From an uncultured delta proteobacterium (GTDB lineage Bacteria > Desulfobacterota > Binatia > DP-6), in NCBI GenBank assembly GCA_963815115.1, contig CAWFFN010000008.1:782177-846176 (forward strand): DNA of 64,000 bases. The letters are read 5' to 3'. Below, one piece after another: positions 62,866 to 64,000 of this stretch. Numbering within the stretch: the first letter of the stretch is position 1; every line of letters starts with the position of its first letter. The notes below the pieces were generated by a model. That model was given only the letters and a program-made list of their open reading frames with translations, was not told where the DNA came from and did not search any database. A program made the translations under genes and the position numbers.

Positions 62866-63930
62866 TCAGGCGGCGCTGCCCCGGTAGTATGCCGACGCCC
62901 GGTATTGCGCGATGGCGAAGCGCGCGACGACGCCGATCAGCGCGCACATGGGTACCGAGATGAGCATGCCGACGAAGCCGAACAGCGTCCCGCCCGCGAA
63001 GAAGCCGAAGAGCACCCAGAGCGGATGCACGTTGATGCGGTCGCCGACGACGCGCGGGGCGATCAGGTAGTCGGAGACGATGTTCCCGGCGACGAAGATG
63101 CCGCCCACGGTGGCCACGCGGATCCAGTCGGGCCAGAACTGGATCAATGCCATGCCGACCGAGGCGCCGAAGCCCACCAGCGCGCCGAGGTACGGCACGA
63201 ACGAGAGCGCGCCCGCCATCAGCCCGATCAGCAGCCCGAAGTCCAGGCCGGCGAGCGACAGGGCGACGCCGTAGAAGAGCGCGAGGAGCGTGCAGACGAG
63301 CGCCGCGCCGCGGGCAAAGCCGGCGAGCGCGCGATCGGCCTCACGCGCCTGGCTGCGAACCGTCTCGGCATAGTCCCGCGGGAGCCAGCTGTCGATGTGC
63401 GTGACGATCTTCGGCCAGTCCCGAAGCAGGTAGAACGCGACGAGCGGCGTGACCGAGAGGAGACCGAGCAGGTTCAGCAGCGCCAGCCCTCGGCCGAGGA
63501 GCAGGGCGGCCCACTCCGCGAGCATGCTCTCCACCCGGTGCCCGGCCTCCACCAGCACCGCGGGCACCTCGTCTTGCGGGCCGACGCCGAGCACGCGCAG
63601 GGCGCGCCGCAGGAGGGGCTCCGCGCCCGCGTACGCCGCGGCCAGCATGTCGGGAAGGCGCCTGAGCAACGCCCCGGCCTGCTCGACGAGCACGGGTCCC
63701 ACGACGAGCAGCGTCAGCACGCCCGCGGCGAAGAAACTGCCGACGAGGAGCCCAGCCGCCGCACCGCGCGAGAACCCGCGCCGCTCGAGCCACATGACGA
63801 CCGGATCGACCACGTAGGCGATGGCCATACCGAGAACGAAGGGCAGGAGCACGTCGGAGAGCAGCCAGACGAGCGTTAGGAAGCTCGCCAGCACGATGCC
63901 CCAGAAGATGAGATCGCGGCGAACCGTCAT
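62866..63930 (-). CDS. AI-2E family (PerM-like) transporter
   Basis: LLPFVLGMAIAYVVDP, AFYLLRDW, SFVPYLG, PRVVGDRINVHP, FGFVGMLISVP. Confidence 0.92.
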   Translation of the reverse strand: MTVRRDLIFWGIVLASFLTLVWLLSDVLLPFVLGMAIAYVVDPVVMWLERRGFSRGAAAGLLVGSFFAAGVLTLLVVGPVLVEQAGALLRRLPDMLAAAYAGAEPLLRRALRVLGVGPQDEVPAVLVEAGHRVESMLAEWAALLLGRGLALLNLLGLLSVTPLVAFYLLRDWPKIVTHIDSWLPRDYAETVRSQAREADRALAGFARGAALVCTLLALFYGVALSLAGLDFGLLIGLMAGALSFVPYLGALVGFGASVGMALIQFWPDWIRVATVGGIFVAGNIVSDYLIAPRVVGDRINVHPLWVLFGFFAGGTLFGFVGMLISVPMCALIGVVARFAIAQYRASAYYRGSAA

Positions 63931-64000
63931 CAGGGGGATCGGGGGCACCGGGCTCTCGGGCACAGCGGCTGGAAATGCCACTTCCGGCCGGCCCTTCGCC

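Noticed and set aside
1-64000. CRISPR array, cas genes, rRNA, reverse transcriptase (retron/DGR)
   Set aside because: No regularly spaced repeat-spacer units, and no Cas, RT or rRNA signatures seen by eye

Overview
GC-rich (roughly 70% by eye) bacterial DNA. The gene repertoire (F420-type LLM and deazaflavin enzymes, P450s, Cys-rich secreted proteins, DUF6351) is reminiscent of Candidatus Binatia; this is inference only. The window has three zones. (1) About 1-33.8 kb is a heavily eroded stack of integrative elements: IS3 and IS110 remnants, two tyrosine-integrase remnants, 3' fragments of a tRNA-Thr(CGT) acting as probable att scars (13.6, 14.6, 27.2 kb), a duplicated ~230-bp island-end module, an intact AbrB/RelE-type TA pair plus a partial second toxin copy, about 20 short spliced gene fragments, and scattered intact cargo (PvdQ-like acylase, DUF6351, patatin, LLM oxidoreductase, amidohydrolase, methyltransferases, hemolysin III). 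(2) About 33.9-45.8 kb holds ftsH, mgtA, a BCAM0308-like gene, a large SEC-C protein, a DnaJ-domain protein and a cluster of mostly orphan antitoxins. (3) About 46-64 kb holds an apparent operon joining opgG/opgH (periplasmic beta-1,2-glucan synthesis) to a sugar ABC importer, an uncharacterised discoidin/(alpha/alpha)6 protein and a stand-alone GH94 phosphorylase, interrupted by a vapBC cassette; it is followed by a benzaldehyde-lyase-like ThDP enzyme and an AI-2E transporter. Many single-base frameshifts in otherwise full-length genes look like long-read indel errors. I saw no intact tRNA, rRNA or CRISPR array. All product calls come from motif recognition by eye, not database searches.
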